A stretch of DNA of 63,572 bases, counting the filler, from Octopus bimaculoides (taxonomy: Eukaryota), in the NCBI RefSeq assembly GCF_001194135.2. It is 10 parts of 10 records of this genome, joined end to end, with 100 filler letters (N's around TTAATTAATTAA, not from the genome) between each part and the next. Parts side by side here need not be neighbours in the genome. Positions count along the whole stretch, not along the records: positions 61,312 to 63,572 come from NC_069000.1; 9 more parts are not named here. One strand, written 5' to 3'. The notes beneath the pieces were generated by a model. That model made no database searches. It saw only the letters and a list, made by a program, of their open reading frames with translations, and had not been told where the DNA came from. Within the stretch, counting starts at the first letter, position 1. Every line of letters begins with the position of its first letter. Shown here one piece after another: positions 63,181 to 63,572 of the stretch. Position numbers and translations under genes: made by a program.

Positions 63181-63572
63181 ATGCAAGCTATATGCTACAA
63201 ATGTGTCCCAGAGAGAAAGGCCACTGTAGACAAGAACAAAATCCCCAGGGAGAGGAAAATTCTTATGAGACGGCGTACAAAAGTTTCAAATCGCCTAAAC
63301 AAACAAATTGAAAGCAGTGAAAAGTCCCGCCTGAAAATACAACTGCTGGAGATTGAAAAAAATCTGCAACTCTCCCACGAAAAAGAAAGAGCAGACAAAG
63401 AAGCCTGGGCTATAGACAATATAAAATCTAACCCCAGAGCTTTCTACAAGTTTGCCAAAGAAACAGCTTCAGTGCACTGCAGGATAGGGCCACTCCTTGA
63501 AAAAGATGGTGCACTAACAGGAAACCCAAGGAGGATAAGTGAAATACTAAATGATCAATTCAAAAGTGTTTT
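63181..63572 (+). mobile_element. CR1-group LINE ORF2 linker region (between APE and RT), open to the window end
   Basis: Stop-free frame MQAICYKCVPERK...WAIDNIKSNPRAFYKFAK....RIGPLLEKDG....SEILNDQFKSVF matches the IKxNPKxFY..IGPL..LNxxFxSVF pattern. Absent from the ORF track, presumably because it has no stop in the window. Confidence 0.88.

Overview
AT-rich, microsatellite-dense animal genomic DNA from a draft assembly with many N gaps. The repeat families look like octopus (inference from memory, no search run). I found no supportable host protein-coding gene, rRNA or CRISPR array, and most listed ORFs are microsatellite or gap artefacts. The window is mostly decayed mobile elements: Penelope-like elements (RT plus GIY-YIG), CR1-like, RTE, R4/Dong-like and L1/Tx1-like LINEs, mariner and hAT relics, several MITEs with clear target-site duplications, and four SINE families. 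Two things stand out. (1) An apparently intact elongator tRNA-Met(CAT) gene with a canonical 22-nt intron (37722-37816), plus two decayed paralogues with same-length introns in a duplicated unit; Met introns are not among those I know from model animals. (2) Minimal hammerhead-ribozyme-like motifs (22665, 26037, 49668, 53379/53807), two of them inside long fold-back elements, suggesting non-autonomous Penelope-derived, ribozyme-bearing elements. A CR1-like LINE also shares its 3' tail with one SINE family, which would identify its mobilising partner.
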